A DNA stretch of 33,313 bases. Origin: an uncultured Gemmatimonadaceae bacterium (lineage in GTDB: Bacteria > Gemmatimonadota > Gemmatimonadetes > Gemmatimonadales > GWC2-71-9). Each line of letters begins with the position of its first letter. Within the stretch, counting starts at the first letter, position 1. A program made the position numbers and the translations under genes. Of the stretch, positions 8,012 to 16,236 are shown piece after piece. The notes beneath the pieces were generated by a model that searched no databases, was not told where the DNA came from, and worked only from the letters and a program-made list of their open reading frames with translations. The stretch spans positions 1-33,313 of the forward strand of contig CAYTDU010000003.1 in NCBI GenBank assembly GCA_964436395.1. Direction: 5' to 3'.

Positions 8012-9273
8012 CCTCAACGGCACCGCGGACTCGCTTCTGGTCCAGTTTCGGACCGGGCCTCCTCTGGGCAGCAGCGGCAATCGGGGTGTCGCATCTGGTT
8101 CAATCCACGCGCGCCGGGGCCACGGGTGGGTTTGCGCTATGCGGCGTCATACTGCTTGCCCTCATCCTCAAGTACCCATTCTTCGAGTACGGGCCGAGGT
8201 ATGCGGCGGCGACCGGTACCAGCCTGGTGGAAGGCTACCGCAGGCTCGGAAGGTGGGCTGTATGGGTGTATCTGCTCATCACGGTCTCGACCTGCCTGTT
8301 CGTTCAGACCGCTGTCGTGATGCTCACGGCGTTCTTGATCCAGTTTGCGTTCGGACTTGATTGGCCATTACCGTGGATTGCGGCGGTGCTCATCGCCCTG
8401 TGTGGAACGGTGTTGTGGTTGGGTCGTTTCAAAGGATTGGACGTTGTGGTGAAAGTGATCATGGCGCTGCTGGCAATCTCGACTCTCGCCGCGGCGCTCA
8501 TATCACTGCCGCGGGCAGACTTCTCCACACTCGCTCTGTGGCCCGATAGCATAGGTGAGACTATACCGTTTGCGTTCGTGCTTGCATTGGCCGGGTGGAT
8601 GCCGTCCGCAATAGACATATCGGTGTGGAGTTCCCTCTGGACCCTTGCCAAAGATGAATCTTCGGGGGTTCGGAGCTCGGTACATACTGCGCAACTGGAT
8701 TTTCAGATCGGTTATGTGGGGACGGCAGCGTTGGCTTTCGGGTTTGTTACCCTGGGGGCAGGCGTAATGTTTGGTTCTGGCGAGTCGTTCAGCGCGGCCG
8801 GGGGCGCCTTTTCTACGCAGTTGATCGATCTGTACAGCCAAACGCTAGGCGCATGGATGCGGCCGATCGTCTTGGTTGCTGTCCTTACCACAATGGTCTC
8901 CACAACGCTCACGGTGGTAGACGGTTTCCCGCGCGGCATTGAACGTGCCGTAGCGAACCTGCGGATGAATGGTGACCACACCAACCCCGCACCGACCGCA
9001 GGAAGGGCTTACTGGACCAGCGTCACTGTACTGGCGGTCGCAACGGTGCTGGTGCTGGTATTCTTCATAGGAAACCTCACCACCATGGTGGATTTTGCGA
9101 CGATTGTGTCATTTCTTACCGCCCCAGCGTTGGGGTATCTGAACCTCCGCGCGGTGACTGCTGAAGAAGTCCCGGAGAAGTACCGGCCTGGACGGGGAAT
9201 GGTAGCTCTGTCGTGGTTGGGTTTGGCGGTGTTGACCGGTTTTGGAGTAGTCTATTTGGGGATGCTGTTTTAG
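8008..9273 (+). CDS. Nramp-fold membrane transporter, atypical subfamily
   Basis: 421 aa with about 11 hydrophobic segments. FGPGLLWAAAAIGVSHLVQSTRAGA aligns without gaps to MntH [24 protein letters not shown]. The GTG start overlaps the decarboxylase TGA (GTGA at 8008-8011). Confidence 0.8.
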   Translation: MTSTAPRTRFWSSFGPGLLWAAAAIGVSHLVQSTRAGATGGFALCGVILLALILKYPFFEYGPRYAAATGTSLVEGYRRLGRWAVWVYLLITVSTCLFVQTAVVMLTAFLIQFAFGLDWPLPWIAAVLIALCGTVLWLGRFKGLDVVVKVIMALLAISTLAAALISLPRADFSTLALWPDSIGETIPFAFVLALAGWMPSAIDISVWSSLWTLAKDESSGVRSSVHTAQLDFQIGYVGTAALAFGFVTLGAGVMFGSGESFSAAGGAFSTQLIDLYSQTLGAWMRPIVLVAVLTTMVSTTLTVVDGFPRGIERAVANLRMNGDHTNPAPTAGRAYWTSVTVLAVATVLVLVFFIGNLTTMVDFATIVSFLTAPALGYLNLRAVTAEEVPEKYRPGRGMVALSWLGLAVLTGFGVVYLGMLF

Positions 9274-9387
9274 GTGCTGAGGAGGAGATGAACGGGTGCG
9301 AGAAGGGGGAGGAAGACTTTGGCCGGCCTTTGTCTTCGTGCCACGCGTCAGTCAATTCGGAAATCAACTACTCATAGGAAGGAATAA

Positions 9388-10485
9388 ATGCCCATTCGCG
9401 CAGCAGTAATGACGGCTCCTTACGAGCCGATTGAAATTTGGAAGTTGGATGATCCCGAGATCGAATCGGGTGGGATGTTGCTGGAGACAGTAGCCAGCGA
9501 GGTTTGTGGCACAGACGTGCATCTACTGCACGGACAACTCGCCGGGGTTCCGTATCCGATAGTTCCTGGGCACGTGAGTGTCGGCAAGGTGATCGAGTTG
9601 AGAGACGTAGACTGCGATGCGCTGGGCACTCCACTCAGTATTGGCGACCTCGTGACCTTTTACGACGTGCACGACATCTGCGGCCGCTGCTTCTTCTGTA
9701 CAGTGACCAAGCAGAGCAATCGCTGCCCGAGTCGTCGCGTGTACGGCATCACCGATTCCGCACACGACGGCCCACTGGGTGGATGGGCTGAAAGGATCTA
9801 TCTGAAGCCTGACGTTCGGGCGGTGAAGATTCCGGAGCACCTGAGTGTCGATACCGTCATAGGTGGCGGTTGCGGGATGTTCACGGGCTTTGGGGCTGTG
9901 CAGAGGAGCAGTATCACGCTCGGCGACACGGTTGTGGTACAGGGGTCTGGAGCAGTTGGACTTTCCGCGGCGGCGTTCGCAGCACTGAAGGGAGCTACGA
10001 CGGTGATCGTCATAGGAGCTCCCACACAGCGCCTCGAGTTGGCAAAGGCGCTAGGTGCCGACACCGTGTTGTCGATCGAGGCAGACGCGCCGGACCATCG
10101 GGCCGACGTCGTAGATGAACTTTCGGGTGGGCGCGGAGCTGATGTCGTCATCGAAGCCTGCGGGAATCCCAAGGCGGTGCCGGAGGGGTTGCGCCTCGTA
10201 CGCGACGGAGGCAATTACGTGATCGTTGGTCACTACACCGACGCCGGGCCGATCGAGATCAACCCGCACACCGACATTAACAAGCGCCACGTGGACATAC
10301 GCGGCCAATGGGGCACGGAGTTCTCACACGTGGCGCGCGCGTTGAACGTGTTGGCCAAGCACCACGAACGACTGCCGTTTGAGCGCATCATCGGAGCCCG
10401 GTACGGTCTCGAGGAAGCCGATCAGGCACTGAAGGACGTCGAGGGTTTACACGTTACGAAGGCGATAATCGAGCCGAATAGGTGA
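9388..10485 (+). CDS. zinc-binding MDR-family dehydrogenase
   Basis: 365 aa. Contains EVCGTDVHLLHG, PGHVSVGKV, the Cys cluster CGRCFFCTVTKQSNRC and the Rossmann segment VVVQGSGAVGL. A GGAAGGA RBS is present. Confidence 0.85.
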   Translation: MPIRAAVMTAPYEPIEIWKLDDPEIESGGMLLETVASEVCGTDVHLLHGQLAGVPYPIVPGHVSVGKVIELRDVDCDALGTPLSIGDLVTFYDVHDICGRCFFCTVTKQSNRCPSRRVYGITDSAHDGPLGGWAERIYLKPDVRAVKIPEHLSVDTVIGGGCGMFTGFGAVQRSSITLGDTVVVQGSGAVGLSAAAFAALKGATTVIVIGAPTQRLELAKALGADTVLSIEADAPDHRADVVDELSGGRGADVVIEACGNPKAVPEGLRLVRDGGNYVIVGHYTDAGPIEINPHTDINKRHVDIRGQWGTEFSHVARALNVLAKHHERLPFERIIGARYGLEEADQALKDVEGLHVTKAIIEPNR

Positions 10486-10493
10486 GTTCAAGA

Positions 10494-10525
10494 GGAGGGT
10501 GAAGACGGCCTCGTCTTCGCCCTCC
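10494..10525. terminator. 14-bp GC-rich hairpin between convergent genes (bidirectional terminator candidate)
   Basis: ggagggtgaagacg (10494-10507), loop gcct, then cgtcttcgccctcc (10512-10525). One G.U pair and no U-tract. Confidence 0.55.
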
Positions 10526-10546
10526 CCTCCCGCTCCCGGGACTCCA

Positions 10547-11713
10547 CTACCACAGATACCGATCAAAATTCGTGAACATAGGGTGGTTGGGGAACGCCTT
10601 GTTCAACTCCTCATAGTTCACGTCGATCTTGTTACCTTGAGGAACCGCAACTCGCTCCAGTTCTCCTTTGAGCATCGCTCTGAAGTCACGCAACACTTCC
10701 TTGCGATCGGCATGGATTTCGAACACGGGTGTCGGAAAATCTGACCCAAACAAGAGCAATTCGCTGGGAAGCAGCGCGAGCTGTTTGAAGTAGCCCTTGC
10801 GAAACGGTGTGACGCAGGCGGAAAGGTCGGCGTAGCAACGCCCCGGTCCGTTTTGTCCGGCGGCGCATTCGTCCAGGAACCGAGTCACCACCGGCAGGTC
10901 GTTGTGTTCCAGAAACTCCAGGAATCTCGGGGCGAAGTATGGTAGCCCGCAATGGGCGAAGATGATAACGCAGCCGGCTTCCAGCCCCTCATATATCGTC
11001 CGCTCCACCTCGACGATGTTAGGTACGTGCCACCTGTTGCCGAATCGCCAGAAGTTGGCGAAGCGATCGGCGGCGCCCCACGACAGGAAATCCCAAGAAC
11101 GCATTCGTTTGTCCGATGTGGGTACGGCGTATTCCACTCCAGTGTGCAAGAGAAGCGGCAACGGCTGACCTCCTCTCGCGGTTGCCAGGAATTTGAGCGC
11201 TTCTCGCACTGCCGGGTGCGCCAAGCTGAACTGCTGGGCTGACGGCAGCCACTTCATCAACACGGCCCCGTCGTTGATACACCTTTCGACACGCTGCTCG
11301 AAGTCGGCCGCGAACGGGTGGACCGATGCTCCGTATAGGATCTTCTGTTTAACCGCGTCGCCGTAGCGCCGTTCCGCCTCATCTCGAAGGTGCAGTACAA
11401 AATCGTCGGCCACCCAGAAGTCCGACTTCTCTTTCAAAGGAGTGCCGTCTTCTCCATATACGTGGTCCAGAGCGAGGCACACAACGTGGTCCACCTCGGT
11501 CTCTTGGATGACCGCGAGCGTGCTTTCAATGATCTCGTCGTCGGTGTCCTTGCCGCGCTGGATCTCCCCAAAGAGCAGGAAGATGTCGTAATCCGGCCGC
11601 TTCCTCCGCATCCGTTCGGAGATGTGTCCCCAATCCGGGTATTTGTCTCCCCGAAGACCGACGTGGAAGTGAACGTCGACAGTACGGAGGCGGGTGTGGT
11701 CGTTTTCCGGCAC
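10547..11713 (-). CDS. amidohydrolase-family metal-dependent hydrolase (TIM barrel)
   Basis: 388 aa. N-terminal VDVHFHVG is an HxH metal motif, and later His/Asp-containing strands (LLLHTG, IIFAHCG, LFGSDFP) fit the family. Confidence 0.75.
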   Translation of the reverse strand: MPENDHTRLRTVDVHFHVGLRGDKYPDWGHISERMRRKRPDYDIFLLFGEIQRGKDTDDEIIESTLAVIQETEVDHVVCLALDHVYGEDGTPLKEKSDFWVADDFVLHLRDEAERRYGDAVKQKILYGASVHPFAADFEQRVERCINDGAVLMKWLPSAQQFSLAHPAVREALKFLATARGGQPLPLLLHTGVEYAVPTSDKRMRSWDFLSWGAADRFANFWRFGNRWHVPNIVEVERTIYEGLEAGCVIIFAHCGLPYFAPRFLEFLEHNDLPVVTRFLDECAAGQNGPGRCYADLSACVTPFRKGYFKQLALLPSELLLFGSDFPTPVFEIHADRKEVLRDFRAMLKGELERVAVPQGNKIDVNYEELNKAFPNHPMFTNFDRYLW

Positions 11714-11733
11714 CGTTGTGTCTCCGGTTGGTG

Positions 11734-12558
11734 TCAGTCGCCGTTGGGTGCCACCCGCGGCAAGCCTTCGAACAGTCTCACCGCATCGGCCAGGTGGTTG
11801 CTAGCGGCTTGAGCGAAATCGGTACTGTGTTCCTCCTTGAAGGATTCCTCCAACTTTGAGAACCTGATCGTGGGTTTCCCAGCCATGTCGCGCAGGAGTT
11901 GTTTCCGTTCGTCGTAGTCGGGAGTTTGGAAGATCGCCAGGATTGGGTCGCGCAATTGCCGCCATAGTGCGGCGCCGTTCGATCCTCCTGCAAAACGCGA
12001 GAGCGATAGGAGCGTTGCGCGCGCGGCTCTTCCCGCTCTCTGCCAATTCTTGATTTCCTCATTCGTGCGGGGGTCGTACCACTTGCGATCTACCATGTCG
12101 GGGAGCGCCATCATCTCGGCATGGCCGACGTTCGGCAGCGAACTCTTCAGGTAATACCAGGGGTAGCACGAGTTGCCGCCTTCATTCCATCCGGAGAAGC
12201 CCTGGTGGCTGAAGGTGTCTTGGAGTACATGAAGCGCTATGCCTAGTCGTAGAGGATTTTGGGTGCGGGCCGCTGCTCGGACTAGCTTTCTCGCTCGCGA
12301 GCTGTTCTCCGTCGTTTTCCACTGCCACTCCGTATCGTCGCCTGGTAAGAAATGGAAAGGAATGAGTACCGTGAACTGGATTTGTTTGTCGCCCCAGTTG
12401 TCCACCATGTCACATTGTGTCTGAATCCCGTAGACGTCGGCTGTTGTCAGTCGGTCGGTGAACTGATCGGCGCTGGCTATGAGCAGTGCTTCAGTCTCAG
12501 CGATGCCCGCCTTCGAGGCCAAGGCGTAGGTCACATAAAAATGGAAGTCCTTCTGCAT
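11734..12558 (-). CDS. conserved hypothetical His-rich protein (possibly DUF6765-like)
   Basis: I prefer the ATG at 12558 because GAAGGAGGA sits 8 nt upstream. Starts MQKDFHFYVTYALA and contains FHFLPGDD, HVLQDTFSHQGFSGW and NVGHAEM. Ends 20 nt before the amidohydrolase start. Confidence 0.65.
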   Translation of the reverse strand: MQKDFHFYVTYALASKAGIAETEALLIASADQFTDRLTTADVYGIQTQCDMVDNWGDKQIQFTVLIPFHFLPGDDTEWQWKTTENSSRARKLVRAAARTQNPLRLGIALHVLQDTFSHQGFSGWNEGGNSCYPWYYLKSSLPNVGHAEMMALPDMVDRKWYDPRTNEEIKNWQRAGRAARATLLSLSRFAGGSNGAALWRQLRDPILAIFQTPDYDERKQLLRDMAGKPTIRFSKLEESFKEEHSTDFAQAASNHLADAVRLFEGLPRVAPNGD

Positions 12559-12650
12559 GACAGAATCCTCCTTCATCATCAAAATGCTGCGGCCGGGCGT
12601 TACTCGCTAGGGCGTTTTTGGGGCATGAGGGTGCGAAATTGGGACATTTG

Positions 12651-12667
12651 CCGGCGTTCTGCGCCGG
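12651..12667 (-). terminator. small hairpin immediately after the GGDEF gene stop
   Basis: ccggcg ttctg cgccgg gives a 6-bp stem and 5-nt loop, 1 nt from the stop at 12669-12671. No U-tract. Confidence 0.35.
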
Positions 12668-12668
12668 A

Positions 12669-13862
12669 TTACTGCTCTACGGCCTCGACTTTGCTACCGC
12701 CACTCACGCGGATGTCATCCACGTCCTGAGGCCCGACGACCCGGTTCCGACCGGCATTCTTGGCTTCATACAGCCGCGCATCGGCGCGGTCGATGACGGT
12801 GCGCATGTCTTTTCCGTCTGTAGGCAATTCGGCTACGCCAATGCTCACGGTTACGGTGGTTTGCTCCACCGCCTGCCTCAGCCGCTCCGCGGTGAGCACG
12901 GCGAACTCCGCGGGTGTCTCAGGAAACATGGCGATGAATTCTTCCCCACCGTATCTGGCAATGAGGTCGCTCTTGCGGAGGGATTTCTGGAATATGCCAG
13001 CAAGGACCTTGAGTACTTCATCGCCGACGATATGACCGAATTCGTCGTTGAACTTCTTGAAGAAGTCGATGTCGATCAACGCAACAGACAGTAGCCGCCC
13101 CGTCCTGGTTGTGCGCGATACCTCCGCCTGCATACGCTCGTCGAAAAAGCCGCGGTTGAGAAGTCCGGTGAGCGGGTCCTTTGCCGCCAGCCACCGAAGC
13201 CGCTGTTTCCGGAGGGCCACGTCCGTGCTCAGCAGGACCGCGCAAAACAGGATGGCGAGTCGAGTGTAGTGAGCGCCGAGGTCGAATTGCCCGTATTCGG
13301 ACGCCGAATAGGGCAGTGCATCGAGGTTCCAGTGCATGTTCGCGTACGAAACGACTATGGCGTATTGCAACAGTGCCAGCAGCCCGCCAAGCACACAGAT
13401 ACGCGCATCGTAGCGCAACGCCATCGCACCTACGACCACGAAGTAAACTGAGTAAATGATGCGGCTGTTTGCGACGATATCGGGCCGCTTGATTATTAAC
13501 AACGCCACCAGGGCACCACTCACAAATGTGACGTCCAGAATGCTCGTCACGAACCCATACCATGGTCGATAGAACCACCATTTGGTTATCACGAACAGCG
13601 CTGCTGCAATGGTGAGCGCGATTATCCCCCACAAGAAACCTACCAGTGGCAGCTGAGAATCCGGATTGTGGAACAACTGGACCAGAGGCAGCACCAGCAA
13701 ACACGAGATGACCAGTAGGCGCAGCTTCGCCACGGTCAATTCGCCGCTTCCGCCCTCGTGAAGCAGCAGTGGGTCGGGCGTGCGCCAAAAATCCCGCCAC
13801 TGGGCTGCCAGCGGTCGGATAGCCCGTTGGAAGGGCAACCAGATCGTGCGGGTCGTGCTCAT
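12669..13862 (-). CDS. membrane-bound diguanylate cyclase (GGDEF domain)
   Basis: 397 aa. About 6 N-terminal hydrophobic helices precede DIDFFKKFNDEFGH...RKSDLIARYGGEEF. This carries a GGEEF active site with an RxxD I-site 5 residues upstream. Confidence 0.9.
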   Translation of the reverse strand: MSTTRTIWLPFQRAIRPLAAQWRDFWRTPDPLLLHEGGSGELTVAKLRLLVISCLLVLPLVQLFHNPDSQLPLVGFLWGIIALTIAAALFVITKWWFYRPWYGFVTSILDVTFVSGALVALLIIKRPDIVANSRIIYSVYFVVVGAMALRYDARICVLGGLLALLQYAIVVSYANMHWNLDALPYSASEYGQFDLGAHYTRLAILFCAVLLSTDVALRKQRLRWLAAKDPLTGLLNRGFFDERMQAEVSRTTRTGRLLSVALIDIDFFKKFNDEFGHIVGDEVLKVLAGIFQKSLRKSDLIARYGGEEFIAMFPETPAEFAVLTAERLRQAVEQTTVTVSIGVAELPTDGKDMRTVIDRADARLYEAKNAGRNRVVGPQDVDDIRVSGGSKVEAVEQ

Positions 13863-13950
13863 TGTCTAATAAGGTAAACCGGATGCACCGATGTTGCTGT
13901 TATGATCGAAGTCGAACAGCGGAGGCTCGAGCCAGTGTAGCTGTTCCCGC

Positions 13951-15453
13951 TCAATTCTTATCAAGCCTCATGGTATCGAACATGGCGTCAACCTTTTCGG
14001 GTGCTCTAGTCATGAGGCTGACGACCACCGTCGCCAGAAGGCCTGCCGCAAACGCTGGAATCAACTCGTAGAGGAGTGGGCTCAAATACTCGCTCGTCTC
14101 CCAGACGATCGTCACGACTGTACCCGTCACGAGGCCGGCGATGACTCCTTCGCGCGTGGTGCGCCGCCAGTAAAGGGCTAATATGGAGGTAGGCCCGATG
14201 GCAGCGCCAAGGCCAGCCCATGCAAATAATACGAGCCAGAACACCAAGGCTTCGGCGATTACCCCGAACACCAACGCGACCAGCACGAGTGCGACCACGA
14301 CAATCCGGCTATAGAGCACGAGACGTTGCTGCGGGATTGTCTCGTCTCGGCGTAATATCTTCTCATAGAAGTCTCGAACTACGCTGGACGCGGCGACGAG
14401 CAGTTGTGAGTCGGCCGTTGAGATGATCGCGGCGAATATCGAAGCCACGACGACGCCGAAGAAGACCGGATGTAGCTGTTGTGCGGCAAGCAGCGGATAG
14501 AGCTGTTCGGTGTCTGCATCGGGCAGCATCGCCACGTCGGGGAAATAGACCCTGCCGGCCAGTCCGATGAAGAGTGCGCCCCACGCCATGACGACGTTCC
14601 AGATAGTCCCGACGATCGCTGTCGTGCGCAACTGCTTCGGATCGACGATCGACATGTAGCGGACGATGATGTGCGGGTTGCCGGGTGAGCCGAGCCCTAT
14701 GCCCACCCAGCCAATAATCACACCGGCTGAGAGTGCGACCGGATCGATCAAGGTGGGATCGAGCGTGCGAAGCTCATCCAACACGGGGCCGAGCCCTCCC
14801 TGGCCTGAGATCGCGATGGCCGGCACCACCACGAGGGCCACGATCATGATGCAGGCCTGGAGCGTATCGCTCAGACTCACCGCCAGGAACCCACCAACGG
14901 TGGTGTATGCAAGAACGATCAATGCGGTCAGCATCACGCCCGTCGTAGCGCTCAGGCCAAAACTCGCGGCAAACGCCTTTCCGCCGCCGACGAACTGCGA
15001 CGACACGTAGCCGACCATGAAGATGAGGATCACGACGATCAGAACGGAGCGAAGCAGGCCACTCTTGTCGCCAAAGCGGGCAGCGAAGAAGTCGGGGAGT
15101 GTAACGCAGTCGTGCTCCTCGGCGAATCGCCGAAGCCGACGCGCATAGAATAGGAAGAGGAACACCTCGGCCGTTATGTAGCCGGTCACCGCCCATACGG
15201 CAGTGGCGCCCATCGAATAGGCCATTCCCGTGACGCCCAACAGCAGCCACGCGCTTCGACCTGAAACAACGGCCGAAAGCGCGACAACGAACCGATTCAT
15301 CTGCCTGCCGCCGACGAAAAACTCGCTCACGCCCGTCGATGAGAACTTGCGTGCGTATAACCCGATGCCGACGATGACAGCCAAGTAACCCAGAAACGCC
15401 GCGACTGCAAACGGGTCGGCGGCAATCTCAACGACTGCGCTCCCCTCTTGCAT
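13951..15453 (-). CDS. sodium:solute symporter family transporter (PutP-like)
   Basis: 500 aa and polytopic. FFVGGRQMN..VVALSAVVSGRSAWLLLGVTG parallels E. coli PutP [42 protein letters not shown] RBS lies inside the upstream micro-ORF. Confidence 0.9.
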   Translation of the reverse strand: MQEGSAVVEIAADPFAVAAFLGYLAVIVGIGLYARKFSSTGVSEFFVGGRQMNRFVVALSAVVSGRSAWLLLGVTGMAYSMGATAVWAVTGYITAEVFLFLFYARRLRRFAEEHDCVTLPDFFAARFGDKSGLLRSVLIVVILIFMVGYVSSQFVGGGKAFAASFGLSATTGVMLTALIVLAYTTVGGFLAVSLSDTLQACIMIVALVVVPAIAISGQGGLGPVLDELRTLDPTLIDPVALSAGVIIGWVGIGLGSPGNPHIIVRYMSIVDPKQLRTTAIVGTIWNVVMAWGALFIGLAGRVYFPDVAMLPDADTEQLYPLLAAQQLHPVFFGVVVASIFAAIISTADSQLLVAASSVVRDFYEKILRRDETIPQQRLVLYSRIVVVALVLVALVFGVIAEALVFWLVLFAWAGLGAAIGPTSILALYWRRTTREGVIAGLVTGTVVTIVWETSEYLSPLLYELIPAFAAGLLATVVVSLMTRAPEKVDAMFDTMRLDKN

Positions 15454-15572
15454 CAGCGAGTCTCCTCCTCAGCACGCCTATCTGCTCTGCGGTTGAGCTG
15501 GGCGAGGAGCACTGCGGTTCCGATAATGGCGGCAGGCAGAACGAACATGGCGAGGAAAAACGGGATTGGCAT
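15453..15572 (-). CDS. 39-aa single-TM peptide, candidate symporter small accessory protein
   Basis: Hand-translated because it is below the ORF-track cutoff: MPIPFFLAMFVLPAAIIGTAVLLAQLNRRADRRAEEETR. Its TGA overlaps the symporter ATG (ATGA). No clear SD of its own. Confidence 0.5.
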   Translation of the reverse strand: MPIPFFLAMFVLPAAIIGTAVLLAQLNRRADRRAEEETR

Positions 15573-15620
15573 GGAAGGAATGTGGCGTCGTGTCCGGGAG
15601 GGCGGAAGGGTGGGGTAGGG

Positions 15621-15662
15621 GCCAATTGACTGAAACGCGGCGGGAATTGACTGGGAATTGAC
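15621..15662. promoter_or_regulatory. three AATTGAC repeats spaced 21 and 11 nt apart
   Basis: gccAATTGAC (15621-30), gggAATTGAC (15642-51) and gggAATTGAC (15653-62). They lie 50-90 nt upstream of the micro-ORF/symporter operon. Confidence 0.4.
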
Positions 15663-16236
15663 CGGGGAAGGTTGTATTTGGAGGTCTTAGTGGTGCACAG
15701 CGTCCGATCTGGACGTGGTCCGAGCGTCTCGAACGGCGCTGGTACTGCTACGAGATGGAGCCTTCTGTTGAGAGGATTCGTGTTGGGCGAGCAACCTAGA
15801 GGATTGCCAAGTGTCTTGACGCATGGTAGTGACCCCAAGCCTAGTGCCGCAAATGGGCTAGCGGGTGCTCGCCAAGAAAAGCGCAACGACCCCTGGCGGA
15901 CTGCCGATCCAGGGTGCACATTAGTGCCCCATCCCAACCAGGCTTTCGCCATGGATGAGGTGCTGCAGCGGTTGAGAGAAGCGCCGACGGACACGTACTC
16001 GGTCGTGAGTAAACAGGGCCGCAATGGTGTTTCTGCGCCATTGGTGAATTGTTGCCTCATTAAACTTTCTCTGGCTATGCACGACTGTCCAGGACCAATG
16101 CGGTACGTCGTTTGTCCAACCAGCTTCCACTCAAGCAGCACTCGAAGCAGGGGCTCAGGTCTTCAACTCGTTCATAGGGGCATTGGGGCACGGTGTCTGG
16201 GAAACATCCGTTTGTTTCACAACGCAGGAGTGAATC

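Noticed and set aside
9288-9377. 29-aa ORF MNGCEKGEEDFGRPLSSCHASVNSEINYS preceded by GAGGAGGAG.
   Set aside because: The SD-like run abuts the ATG with about 2 nt of spacing. The peptide has no hydrophobic or recognisable character. It is more likely a 3'UTR or promoter region.
13018-13800. 260-aa minus-strand ORF.
   Set aside because: It is an out-of-frame shadow within the GGDEF gene with an Arg-rich translation.
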